Below, one piece after another: positions 42,603-52,122 of a DNA stretch of 64,000 nt. Below the pieces are notes generated by a model. It saw only the letters and a list, made by a program, of their open reading frames with translations. It was not told the DNA's origin and did not search any database. Source of the DNA: Spirochaetota bacterium (GTDB taxonomy: Bacteria; Spirochaetota; UBA6919; CBDBPB01); assembly GCA_965208615.1 (NCBI GenBank), contig CBDBPB010000004.1, forward strand, positions 541,234-605,233, given 5' to 3'. Each line of letters begins with the position of its first letter. Positions within the stretch are counted from its first letter, which is position 1. The translations under genes were made by a program, and so were the position numbers.

Positions 42603-43073
42603 TTAGCTAATTAAATAACTATTAGATTTATTCCTCTCGCTATAAAAAGTTTGATTTTCTTTATTACTATCTTCCTTTTCAAGATCTTGACTATTACAGT
42701 CAAGTCCGTTATTCGCTTCTATAGCTTTTCTATTAGCCATACACTTGCCAGAGAAATGCGCTCCATCTTCAATAACCAAAAATGCACAATTAATATCACC
42801 TTCAATGTATGCATTAGAAAGGAGTATTACATGTTCTTTGGCATAAAGTTCTCCCTCAAACTCGCCACCTATGATTATAGCTTTTGCTTTTATTATGCCT
42901 TTTCCTTTACCAGAAGAGCCAATACGCAATATATTATTAGTTTCTATATTACCAATAAAAGTTCCATCTATTCGGATTGCGCCAACAAGATTTAGCTCTC
43001 CTCTAAAGGTATCCCCAAAGCCAATTATACTCTTTATAGGAGTTTTATTATCTTTTTTTTTATATTTATTCAT
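42603..43073 (-). CDS. bactofilin (polymer-forming cytoskeletal protein)
   Basis: SIIG..FRGEL, IRIDG, IEDGAHFSGKC. Confidence 0.88.
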   Translation of the reverse strand: MNKYKKKDNKTPIKSIIGFGDTFRGELNLVGAIRIDGTFIGNIETNNILRIGSSGKGKGIIKAKAIIIGGEFEGELYAKEHVILLSNAYIEGDINCAFLVIEDGAHFSGKCMANRKAIEANNGLDCNSQDLEKEDSNKENQTFYSERNKSNSYLIS

Positions 43074-43102
43074 ATTGATAAGCTTTTGTTAAAATTTAAT
43101 TA

Positions 43103-44107
43103 TTATTTATCACTGTTTATAAAATTACTAAAACTACTTAAACTCATAAAAGGCGAAGGATTAATAGCTCTACTATTTATCCTAACTTCATAATGGAGAT
43201 GAGGACCTGTTGATCTACCGGTATTTCCTAGTCTTCCTATAATCTGACCTTTTCTAATTTGTTGTCTAGCCTTTACTTTTATAGACGAAAGATGCATATA
43301 TAGAGTACTAAAACCATATTTATGTTTAAGCTCTACATACAAGCCATTACCTTTAGTATACTTAGCATTAATAACTGTTCCACCTGCGGCGGCTACTATA
43401 GGAGTACCTGGCACATTTATTATATCAACGCCTTTATGGAAAGCCATTTTATAGGTAAAGGGATCCCTTCTATTACCAAAGCCTGAAACTCTAGAGCCTC
43501 CTCCCCAAACAGGATAGGCTGAAGGCATATAATCTAGTATTTGTTTATGTTTTTCTAAGTTAGTGCTAAGAAATTGAAGGTCTTTCTTAACCACAGATAG
43601 TTTTTTTCGTAGGTTTGACAGTTCGGATATTTCTTTAGTAGCTTCCTCTATATTGCCGTATGGATTAATGTTGTAATCATATTTAGATATTGGACCGCCT
43701 TTACCGCCTTTAGTATTATTACCTCTGGTTATTTTTTGCAATGTAGTAAGTTCTTTAGTTAAGCCTGATACTATTTCTGTAACTTCTGTGGTATACTTAA
43801 TAAATTTTCTTTTTTCAGAGATCAATCTCAAGTTATCTATATTAGATTTATCTATTTTTTTGGATAACTTATTACTTGTATAATAAGACGCAGAACCTAT
43901 AATTGAAGTAGAGATTATTATTAATATGATAATAGTTAGAGCAAAGTTAGATATTTGAAAGTTATGGATCTTTTTTTCTGAATGAGGCACAAATATTATA
44001 GTAAGATTTTGCTGTCCTTTTTCTACAATTTTTCTTACTAAAGCAATAATTTTCTTTTTCACTGTTGTTATTATTGTTTTATGCCTACTTTTTAGTTGTT
44101 CGTTCAT
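43103..44107 (-). CDS. M23 family metallo-endopeptidase
   Basis: TM + coiled coil, HKGVD, YMHL, GRSTGPHLHYEV. Confidence 0.9.
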   Translation of the reverse strand: MNEQLKSRHKTIITTVKKKIIALVRKIVEKGQQNLTIIFVPHSEKKIHNFQISNFALTIIILIIISTSIIGSASYYTSNKLSKKIDKSNIDNLRLISEKRKFIKYTTEVTEIVSGLTKELTTLQKITRGNNTKGGKGGPISKYDYNINPYGNIEEATKEISELSNLRKKLSVVKKDLQFLSTNLEKHKQILDYMPSAYPVWGGGSRVSGFGNRRDPFTYKMAFHKGVDIINVPGTPIVAAAGGTVINAKYTKGNGLYVELKHKYGFSTLYMHLSSIKVKARQQIRKGQIIGRLGNTGRSTGPHLHYEVRINSRAINPSPFMSLSSFSNFINSDK

Positions 44108-44330
44108 ATATCTTCCTTAAAAAAACATGATGAATAATATAACATACAATATCTTTTCAGTCAAGTAAATGTTTATTTGTATAAAAAAAGGATTTTAATA
44201 AAAAAATTATAATACTTACAATTAACAAAAAAACGTTTTAAAACAAAGTATTTTTAATTTTTTGATTAGTCTAAAACTTAATTTATTAATCCATTGACTA
44301 AGACTGATATTTTATCCATCTTATTCTTCT

Positions 44331-45095
44331 ATGAAGTGGATAGACTCCCATGCACACATAGACCTTATGAATAAGAATGATAAACAAATTATAAATGATG
44401 CTATAAAAAGCGATATTGTTAAAATCATTAATATTTCGACAGAAATTAATTCTTACTTTAACGGTAAAAAGTTATCTCTTGAAAATAAAAATATTGTTTT
44501 TACTACTTGTGGACTTTATCCTTCTAACGCCGAATATTATAATAAAGAATTAAGGATTAGTCTTATTAGCCAGCTTAAAGAGCGTATAGCTGTAGGAATA
44601 GGAGAGATAGGCCTTGATTATTATTGGAATTATAGTTCTAGGGATAAGCAGGTTAAACTTTTTAATGATCAGTTATGTTTGGCGAAAGATTTCAATCTTC
44701 CTGTTGTTATCCATGCCAGGGAGTCTTATGAGGATGTTTATAAAGTTTTAAAAAAGGAATCTCCTTTACCTGGCGGGGTAATGCATTGTTATTGCGGAAA
44801 TGAGAGCTTTGTTAATAAGTTTATGGAACTTGGTTTTTATATTTCTTTTGCTGGTAATATTACTTATAAAAAGGCTTATACTATACAAAGGAGTTGCAAG
44901 GCTGTACCCTTAGAAAGGATAGTTTTAGAGACTGACTCACCCTATCTTAGTCCTATTCCTTTTAGGGGCAAGAAGAATGAGCCTAAACTTCTTATTCACA
45001 CTGCAAAGTTTATATCAAACCTAAAGAATGAGTCACTAAATAGCTTGAGTATGGCTAGTTATGATAATACTAATAAGCTATTCAACCTGTTATAA
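44331..45095 (+). CDS. tatD: TatD family nuclease
   Basis: DSHAH, GEIGLDY, IHAR, HCY, LETDSPYL. Confidence 0.9.
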   Translation: MKWIDSHAHIDLMNKNDKQIINDAIKSDIVKIINISTEINSYFNGKKLSLENKNIVFTTCGLYPSNAEYYNKELRISLISQLKERIAVGIGEIGLDYYWNYSSRDKQVKLFNDQLCLAKDFNLPVVIHARESYEDVYKVLKKESPLPGGVMHCYCGNESFVNKFMELGFYISFAGNITYKKAYTIQRSCKAVPLERIVLETDSPYLSPIPFRGKKNEPKLLIHTAKFISNLKNESLNSLSMASYDNTNKLFNLL

Positions 45096-45277
45096 TATAG
45101 AGTTTATTATTAAAAAGCACTATTTCTATCTTTTTAGGTTATGTTACTAATTATTTTAGCTTTTAGATAAGTTATTCTAAGACAATTGCTAAATAGATTT
45201 TATCTATATTTTTTAAGTTTTAGAAATATAAGTTAGCTTAGTTTAATCTACACTATTAGAACAATTACTAATCTAAT

Positions 45278-45303
45278 AAAAAAAGAGGAGCTATACTCCC
45301 CTT
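45278..45303 (-). terminator. Rho-independent terminator of Pmp-like gene 1
   Basis: Minus strand AAGGGGAGTATAGCTCCTCTTTTTTT. Confidence 0.75.
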
Positions 45304-45328
45304 AATTTTAACTGACTAAATAATATAC

Positions 45329-47125
45329 TTACTGGCCTGACTCAAGCTCTGACTTTACAAGTTTATAAGTATCACCATCCTTGACAACCTTTTTATTTTC
45401 ATCATCACCTTTTCCATACTCTGGCTCGCCTGTTATGCTTGAATTATTATTATAAATAGCCCCGCCTTTGCCTACTTTGTTTTTAGTAGGATCATTAGGC
45501 GAATTAGGATCATAAACACCAGCAATGTTTTTATTAAAAGTTACTTTACCTGTGAAGTTTGGAGAGCTATTATTATAATTAGCCATGCCCCCTCCGTTAT
45601 TATTAGCCTTATTATTAGTAAAAGTCACATTTGTTAACTCTGGAGAGCTATTATTATTATTAAGCATGCCCCCTCCTTCCTTACTAGCCTTATTATTAGT
45701 AAAAGTCACAGTTGTTAACTCTGGGGTGCTATTATTATTATACATGCCTCCTCCGTCATCTTTAGCCGCATTACTATTAAACTTCACATTTGTTAAAGTG
45801 GGCGAGCTATTACTATTAGCCATGCCCCCTCCGTTATTATTAGCCGTATTACTATTAAAAGTCACACCTGTTAACTTTGGAGAAGAGCTTTTCCAATTAA
45901 ACATGCCCCCTCCTTCCTTACTAGCCGCATTACTATTAAAAGTCACACCTGTTAACTCTGGAGAGCTTTTATCATTAAGCATGCCCCCTCCCCATGAGGC
46001 CGTATTACTATTAAAAGTCACAGTTGTTAACTCTGGGGTGCTATTATAATTATACATGCCTCCTCCTCTATTAGCCGTATTTTTAGTAAAAGTCACATTT
46101 GTTAACTTTGGAGGCGTTGGAGAGCTATCATAATTAGCCATGCCCCCTCCGTATTCAGTAGCCGCATTACTAGTAAACTCCACATCTTTTAGCGTTGGAG
46201 AGCTTTTATCATTAAGCATGCCCCCTCCGTATTTAGCCGTATTACTATTAAAAGTCACAGTTGTTAACTCTGGGGTGCTATTATTATTATACATGCCTCC
46301 TCCTCTATTAGCCGTATTTTTAGTAAAAGTCACATTTGTTAACTTTGGAGGCGTTGGAGAGCTATTATTATAATTATACATGCCTCCTCCTCTATTAGCC
46401 GTATTTTTAGTAAAAGTCACAGTTGTTAACTCTGGAGAGCTATTATTATTAGCCATGCCCCCTCCGTATTCCTTAGCCGCATTACTATTAAAAGTCACAT
46501 CTGTTAACTCTGGAGAGCTATTATCATTAAACATGCCCCCTCCGTATTTATGAGCAAGATTACCATTAGCATTGCCTTTAGTAATTGTAACCCCTGCTAA
46601 CTTTGCAGTCTTATCTAGGTCTGCAGTAGCTGGATGATAAAAAACATGATAGACCTTATCACTATCATTGTCCTTTGTTCCAATATCACCGCTTAGAGTA
46701 GTCTTATATTGCTCAGGCTTATTAGTCTCACCAACCTTTTCACCTTTATAACCCCCAATAACCTCTACACCATTCCTTAACGAAAAATGCTTTTCACGAT
46801 CATTATTTTTATCTTCATCAGCACTATTTGGCCTACTAGCAGGCGTATAAGTCCCTTGGGCTACATATACCTTCTTTTTATTATTCTTAAAAGCATCCTC
46901 AATACCCTCTTGAAGATCACTATAAGCTTTTTGCCAGGTTTTACCGTCTCCACCAGTAACACCTACTTTTACAAAAACCCCACCTTGTTCAGCTTTTTGA
47001 ATAGGGTTATAAGGAGGAGTAGGACTTATTATCTTACTAGCACCTTCCTCACAACCACCAGCTCTAAGCATGGAAATACTAATTAATAGTATTATTACTA
47101 TATTTAAATAACTTTTTTTTGTCAT
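45329..47125 (-). CDS. Pmp-like right-handed beta-helix repeat surface lipoprotein, paralog 1
   Basis: Leader ending LRAGG-C; W..AY.DLQ and VYVAQGTY cap; about 13 repeats of GGGMxNxxSSPxLTxVTFxxNxA (FxxN and GG[G/A] motifs). Confidence 0.8.
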   Translation of the reverse strand: MTKKSYLNIVIILLISISMLRAGGCEEGASKIISPTPPYNPIQKAEQGGVFVKVGVTGGDGKTWQKAYSDLQEGIEDAFKNNKKKVYVAQGTYTPASRPNSADEDKNNDREKHFSLRNGVEVIGGYKGEKVGETNKPEQYKTTLSGDIGTKDNDSDKVYHVFYHPATADLDKTAKLAGVTITKGNANGNLAHKYGGGMFNDNSSPELTDVTFNSNAAKEYGGGMANNNSSPELTTVTFTKNTANRGGGMYNYNNSSPTPPKLTNVTFTKNTANRGGGMYNNNSTPELTTVTFNSNTAKYGGGMLNDKSSPTLKDVEFTSNAATEYGGGMANYDSSPTPPKLTNVTFTKNTANRGGGMYNYNSTPELTTVTFNSNTASWGGGMLNDKSSPELTGVTFNSNAASKEGGGMFNWKSSSPKLTGVTFNSNTANNNGGGMANSNSSPTLTNVKFNSNAAKDDGGGMYNNNSTPELTTVTFTNNKASKEGGGMLNNNNSSPELTNVTFTNNKANNNGGGMANYNNSSPNFTGKVTFNKNIAGVYDPNSPNDPTKNKVGKGGAIYNNNSSITGEPEYGKGDDENKKVVKDGDTYKLVKSELESGQ

Positions 47126-47308
47126 AACTTATTTCCTTGTTTTTTTTATAAAGTAACTCAAACTAAACAAAAAACGACTTTTTGTTAAAAGCTATAGAAT
47201 TAAAAGTAAATTAACTTGTTCTATCACATAGGATAATATTTATAGAAGGATAAGTCAAGTCTATTTATGCTATAACTGCTAGTTATGCTATTTTGTTATA
47301 AAACCCAT

Positions 47309-47334
47309 AAAAAAAGAGGAGCTATGCTCCCCTT
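47309..47334 (-). terminator. Rho-independent terminator of Pmp-like gene 2
   Basis: Minus strand AAGGGGAGCATAGCTCCTCTTTTTTT. Confidence 0.75.
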
Positions 47335-47359
47335 AATTTTAACTGACTAAATAATATAC

Positions 47360-48415
47360 TTACTGGCCTGACTCAAGCTCTGACTTTACATATTTATATA
47401 TATCACCAACCTTGACAACCTTTTTATTTTCATCATCACCTTTTCCATACTCTGGCTCGCCTGTTATGCTTGAATTATTATTATAAATAGCCCCGCCTTT
47501 GCCTACTTTGTTTTTAGTAGGATCATTAGGCGAATTAGGATCATAAACACCAGCAATGTTTTTATTAAAAGTTACTTTACCTGTGAAGTTTGGAGAGCTA
47601 TTATTATAATTAAACATACCCCCTCCGTTATTAGTAGCCTCATTACTAGTAAACTCCACATCTTTTAGCGTTGGAGAGCTATTATTACTATTATACATGC
47701 CCCCTCCGTCATAAGTAGCCTTATTATTAGTAAAAGTCACAGTTGTTAACTCTGGGGTGCTATTATTATTATACATGCCTCCTCCGTCATCTTTAGCCGT
47801 ATTACTATTAAACTTCACATTTGTTAAAGTGGGTGAGCTATTACTATTAGCCATGCCCCCTCCGTTATTATGGGGGAAAAAACTATTAGCATTGCCTTTG
47901 GCAATTATAACCCTTACTAACTTTGCAGTCTTATCTAGCTTTGCAGTAGCTGGATGATAAAAAACATGATAGACGTTATCACTATCATTGTCCTTTGTTC
48001 CAATATTACCGCTTAGGATAGTCTTATATTGTTCAGGATTATTAGACTCATCAACCTTTTCACCAGGAAAACCCCCAATAACCTCTACACCATTCCTTAA
48101 TGAAAAATGGTTATTACGACCATTATTTTTATCTTCATCAGCACTATTTGGCCAACTAGTAGGCGTATAAGTCCCTTGGGCTACATATACCTTCTTTTTA
48201 TTATTCTTAAAAGCATCCTCAATACCTTTTTGAAGATCGCTATAAGCAGTTTTCCAGGTTTTACCGTTTTTAGTAGTACGAGTTCCAGCTTTTACAAAAA
48301 CTCCTCCTGCTTCAGCTTGAGGATTTATTACCTCATCGGCATCGCACTTACCTCTAGCTAGCGAAAAACTAACTAATAGTATTATTACTATATTTAAACA
48401 ACATTTTTTAGTCAT
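47360..48415 (-). CDS. Pmp-like beta-helix repeat surface lipoprotein, paralog 2
   Basis: Same N-cap and near-identical C-terminus as paralog 1, only 4 GGGM repeats; leader ending LARGK-C. Confidence 0.8.
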   Translation of the reverse strand: MTKKCCLNIVIILLVSFSLARGKCDADEVINPQAEAGGVFVKAGTRTTKNGKTWKTAYSDLQKGIEDAFKNNKKKVYVAQGTYTPTSWPNSADEDKNNGRNNHFSLRNGVEVIGGFPGEKVDESNNPEQYKTILSGNIGTKDNDSDNVYHVFYHPATAKLDKTAKLVRVIIAKGNANSFFPHNNGGGMANSNSSPTLTNVKFNSNTAKDDGGGMYNNNSTPELTTVTFTNNKATYDGGGMYNSNNSSPTLKDVEFTSNEATNNGGGMFNYNNSSPNFTGKVTFNKNIAGVYDPNSPNDPTKNKVGKGGAIYNNNSSITGEPEYGKGDDENKKVVKVGDIYKYVKSELESGQ

Positions 48416-48593
48416 AACAGATTTCCTTTATTTTTATAAGACTACTTTAAATATAGTTCAAATCATACAAAAAAGCTAATTTTCATTGGATATTTATTAG
48501 CTATAGCTAGTAAAGTTTTAGTATTTTAGTTAGGTAGTTATAAGGGGGATAGATATATCCTCAAGGTGAACATTCATAAATAGAATAAGAATG

Positions 48594-49040
48594 ACATTTT
48601 ATGATAAAGTTATGACGGAGCATATAAGGTAAAAAGTAAGACATATAACGTAAAGGCAGATGTGTTTTAGATTCCTTTGTGGAACAGGAAAGTTAAAATA
48701 TTTATGTAAAAGTTATTTTCCTGTGTCAAGCAGGTTATCCCTATATGCTCTTTAAGTGCTGCTTAAATGCCTTAGTAATTAACACAAAATATCACTTCTT
48801 ATGCAAGTAGTCATCATTACGGGAGCTATTAAGAATCCCTTACTGAGACTAAGGATTATACACCCTTATTAAGTGTTAACGGATTTGCAGTTCCATAAAG
48901 GCGTAGAGCGGATTATTTAAATATTACATGTTGACTTTATATGTAAAACTTCAAAAAAGTATACCTAATCCTCTATGATAAATAACAATCATAAAAAGTA
49001 AACTACTACATCCTCTTTACAATAACATACTAAAACCTCT
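48594..49040 (+). ncRNA. dispersed structured non-coding element, copy B
   Basis: Helices AAGT 48634-48637/ACTT 48948-48951, ACATATAA 48641-48648/TTATATGT 48937-48944, CCTTTGTGGAAC 48674-48685/GTTCCATAAAGG 48890-48901, AGGAAAGT/ATTTTCCT. Confidence 0.65.
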
Positions 49041-49241
49041 TATAACTTTTATAAAAAGTATTTCTTGTCGTTTTTTTTTATGCTTACTCCTACTTTTAGA
49101 CCTGCTCACTCTTTTTGTGCATAATAAAACCTTAATAATAAAAATAAAAGTTTTTATTGACATTTCTCGTTTTTTTATATAAATTTGTATACCTCTTTTT
49201 TGCTTTTGAGGTTGTTTATGGCAATATAATCTTTACAAGGA

Positions 49242-50342
49242 GTGAGTATGGAAATAGAAAATCCTACTATTTGGGAAAAGATGAAGAGTAAGGGCTACTC
49301 AAGACGAGACTTTCTACAATTATGCAGTTATATGGCCGCTATAACTGGTGTTGGTATAGGAGGTTTGCCTAAGGTAGTCAGTGCTGCCGAACAAAAAGTA
49401 AGACCTCCTGTTGTGTGGTTCCATTTTCAAGAGTGTACTTGCTGTAGTGAGTCGTTTATTAGAACATCACACCCTGTTGTGGCCGATATACTTTTAGATA
49501 TTATATCACTAAACTACTCAGAAACTTTACAAGCCGCTGCTGGTCATCAGGCTGAGAAGTCTCTTCATGATACAATGAAAAATAATAAAGGCAAATATAT
49601 TGTTCTTGTTGAGGGTTCTATTCCTACTGGAAATAATGGTTATTATTGTACTATTGCTGGTAAGCCAGCAAAAGACATTATTACCGAAGCGGCTGATGGT
49701 GCTGCTGCTATGATTGCATGGGGTAATTGTGCTTCTTATGGGTGTATACAGGCTGCTAAGCCTAATCCTACTGGAGCAAAGCCTCTTCAAAAGATAGTTA
49801 GCAACCCTGTAATTAATGTGCCTGGATGCCCTCCTATAGGGGATGTAATGGCCGCTGTTGTTGCACATATTGTTGTTTTGGGCAAGATGCCACAGTTAGA
49901 TAGTCAAGGTAGGCCAAAAGAGTTTTATTCACGTCGTATTCATGATACTTGTTACAGAAGGCCATACTATGATGCTGGTATGTTTGTTGAAAACTGGGAT
50001 GATGAAAATGCTAAAAAAGGTTACTGCCTTTATAAAATGGGTTGCCGTGGACCTGTTACCTACAATGCTTGTGCGGTTACAAAATGGAATGAAGGTACAA
50101 GTTATCCAATTCAGTCTGGTCATGGGTGTATTGGTTGTTCAGAGGCTGACTTCTGGGATAATGGGCCATTCTATCAGCATTTACCTGCCTTCCCCGGCTT
50201 TGGTATTGAGTCAACAGCAAATACTGTAGGTGCTACAGCCGCTGTGGTTACTACAGCGGCAATAGCTGGACATGCAGTCGCTACTAATATTAGAAAACGT
50301 GGTTCTATTAAAGAAAATCTTGAAGAAGGGGGTAATGAATAA
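49242..50342 (+). CDS. hyaA: membrane-bound [NiFe]-hydrogenase small subunit (group 1d-like)
   Basis: Tat motif SRRDFL, ECTCCSES, WGNCASYGC, PGCPP, C-terminal TM anchor. Confidence 0.92.
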   Translation: MSMEIENPTIWEKMKSKGYSRRDFLQLCSYMAAITGVGIGGLPKVVSAAEQKVRPPVVWFHFQECTCCSESFIRTSHPVVADILLDIISLNYSETLQAAAGHQAEKSLHDTMKNNKGKYIVLVEGSIPTGNNGYYCTIAGKPAKDIITEAADGAAAMIAWGNCASYGCIQAAKPNPTGAKPLQKIVSNPVINVPGCPPIGDVMAAVVAHIVVLGKMPQLDSQGRPKEFYSRRIHDTCYRRPYYDAGMFVENWDDENAKKGYCLYKMGCRGPVTYNACAVTKWNEGTSYPIQSGHGCIGCSEADFWDNGPFYQHLPAFPGFGIESTANTVGATAAVVTTAAIAGHAVATNIRKRGSIKENLEEGGNE

Positions 50343-52102
50343 TGGCTAATCGTATAGTTGTTGATCCTGTTACACGAATAGAAGGCCATCTTAGAATAGA
50401 GGTCGAACTTGATGATAATAATGTTATAAAAGAGGCTTATAGTTCAGGTACTATGGTCAGAGGTTTTGAGATTATTCTTAAAGACAGAGACCCAAGGGAT
50501 GCATGGGCATTAACAGAGAGGGTTTGTGGTGTATGTACCACGTCTCATGCCTTAACTAGTGTTAGAGCGGTTGAATCTGCTCTTAATATAAAAGTCCCGC
50601 CTAGTGCAGAGCTTATAAGAAATATTATGTGTGCTACTCAGAATGTTCAAGATCACGTTATTCATTTTTATCATTTGCACGCACTAGACTGGGTTGATAT
50701 TGTTAGCTCCCTTAGTGCTGATCCAAAAGAAACAGCTAAAATTGCCTCTAGTATATCTAATTGGCCAAAGAGTTCACCTGGTTATTTTTCTGATATACAA
50801 AAACGTATTGCTGGCTTTGCTAAGAGTAAAGAGGGACTTGGTATTTTTGCTAATGCTTATTGGGGACATAAAGCTTATAAACTACCGCCTGAGGTTAATT
50901 TAATAGGAGTTGCTCATTATTTAGAGGCATTAGAATTTCAAAGAGAAATGGCAAAAATACATGCTATTTTTGGTGGTAAGAACCCACATCCTAATTATCT
51001 TGTTGGTGGTATGCCCTGTTCTTTAAACATTGAAGAGGTTAACGCTATTAATACCGATAGGTTAAATCGTGTTGGAAAGATAATTAAAGAATCTATGGCT
51101 TTTGTAGAACAGGTATACATCCCTGATATTATGGCTGTTGCTGCAATATATAAAAAAGAAGCTCCTGAGTGGTATTCATTTGGTGGTGGTGTTAAAAACT
51201 ATTTAGCTTATGGAGAGCTACCAACTAAAAGCTATTGGGATGATGCACATAAGACTTTTAAACTACCAAGAGGGGTTATCCTAAACCGTAATTTAGATGA
51301 GGTACATGAAGTTAAGCAGAATGAAGATAAGGAGATAAGAGAACATATTAATAATTCTTGGTATAAATATGCTGGTGGGGATAAAGTAGGTTTACATCCT
51401 TTTAAGGGTGAGACTGAGTTTAATTATACTGGTCCAAAAGAGCATTATGAGCATCTTGATGTTAGTCAGAAGTACTCATGGTTAAAAACTCCAAGATGGA
51501 AAGGCCATCCTATGGAAGTAGGACCTTTATCCCGTATGCTTGTTGGCTATGCAAGGGGTAAGGCTGGTGATAAAAATGCAACTGAGATTTATGAAGCTGT
51601 TACTAATACATTAAAGGCATTAGATGCTCCTGCGGCTGCGTTATTCTCTACTTTGGGTCGTACAGCTGCTAGGGCTATTGAAACAAAGCTGTCAGCTCAT
51701 TGGCTTAAAGGGTTTTATGATGAGCTTATTGCTAATGTTAAAAGTGGTAATACTAGTACTTTTAACGGTGAAAAGTGGGATCCTGACTCTTGGCCTAAAG
51801 AAGCTCAAGGTGCTGGCTTAACTGAGGCACCTAGAGGAGCTTTAGGGCATTGGATTAAAATAAAAGACAAAAAGATTGATAGCTATCAACTTGTTGTACC
51901 CACTACGTGGAATGGTTCACCTAAAGACCCAAAAGGACAAATGTCTGCTTTTGAAGCATCTCTTGTTGGCACAAAAATGGAAAACAGAGAACAGCCTTTA
52001 GAAATACTAAGGACTATTCACTCCTTTGATCCTTGTCTTGCATGTTCGGTTCATGTGTATGATTCAAAGGGTCGTCATGTGCATCAATTTAGTTTTGAGT
52101 AA
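50342..52102 (+). CDS. hyaB: [NiFe]-hydrogenase large subunit
   Basis: DPVTRIEGH, L1 ERVCGVCTTSH, L2 SFDPCLACSVH plus C-terminal extension. Confidence 0.95.
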   Translation: MANRIVVDPVTRIEGHLRIEVELDDNNVIKEAYSSGTMVRGFEIILKDRDPRDAWALTERVCGVCTTSHALTSVRAVESALNIKVPPSAELIRNIMCATQNVQDHVIHFYHLHALDWVDIVSSLSADPKETAKIASSISNWPKSSPGYFSDIQKRIAGFAKSKEGLGIFANAYWGHKAYKLPPEVNLIGVAHYLEALEFQREMAKIHAIFGGKNPHPNYLVGGMPCSLNIEEVNAINTDRLNRVGKIIKESMAFVEQVYIPDIMAVAAIYKKEAPEWYSFGGGVKNYLAYGELPTKSYWDDAHKTFKLPRGVILNRNLDEVHEVKQNEDKEIREHINNSWYKYAGGDKVGLHPFKGETEFNYTGPKEHYEHLDVSQKYSWLKTPRWKGHPMEVGPLSRMLVGYARGKAGDKNATEIYEAVTNTLKALDAPAAALFSTLGRTAARAIETKLSAHWLKGFYDELIANVKSGNTSTFNGEKWDPDSWPKEAQGAGLTEAPRGALGHWIKIKDKKIDSYQLVVPTTWNGSPKDPKGQMSAFEASLVGTKMENREQPLEILRTIHSFDPCLACSVHVYDSKGRHVHQFSFE

Positions 52103-52122
52103 AATGTATTTAGGAGTTTTGT

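Noticed and set aside
41438-44107. M23 peptidase-bactofilin-YaaR-PSP1 cluster as a novel system
   Set aside because: Bactofilin/M23 cell-shape pairing is already described and this arrangement looks like ordinary core genome
45585-46373. Plus-strand ORFs with repeated MPPP...LLL
   Set aside because: Antisense shadows of the Pmp-like repeats (also 47757-48361)
45580-46550. Regular ~75-80 bp periodicity resembling a CRISPR array
   Set aside because: Units are in-frame protein repeats without unique spacers, and no cas genes are present
48594-49040. Element as a group II intron, group I intron, RNase P, tmRNA or HEARO/omega RNA
   Set aside because: No GUGYG start or domain V; GAGACTA has no downstream TAGTC partner; only a partial GGAAAGT likeness to RNase P; no tRNA-like ends; omega-like words occur in the wrong order. 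Judged by eye only, not by covariance search
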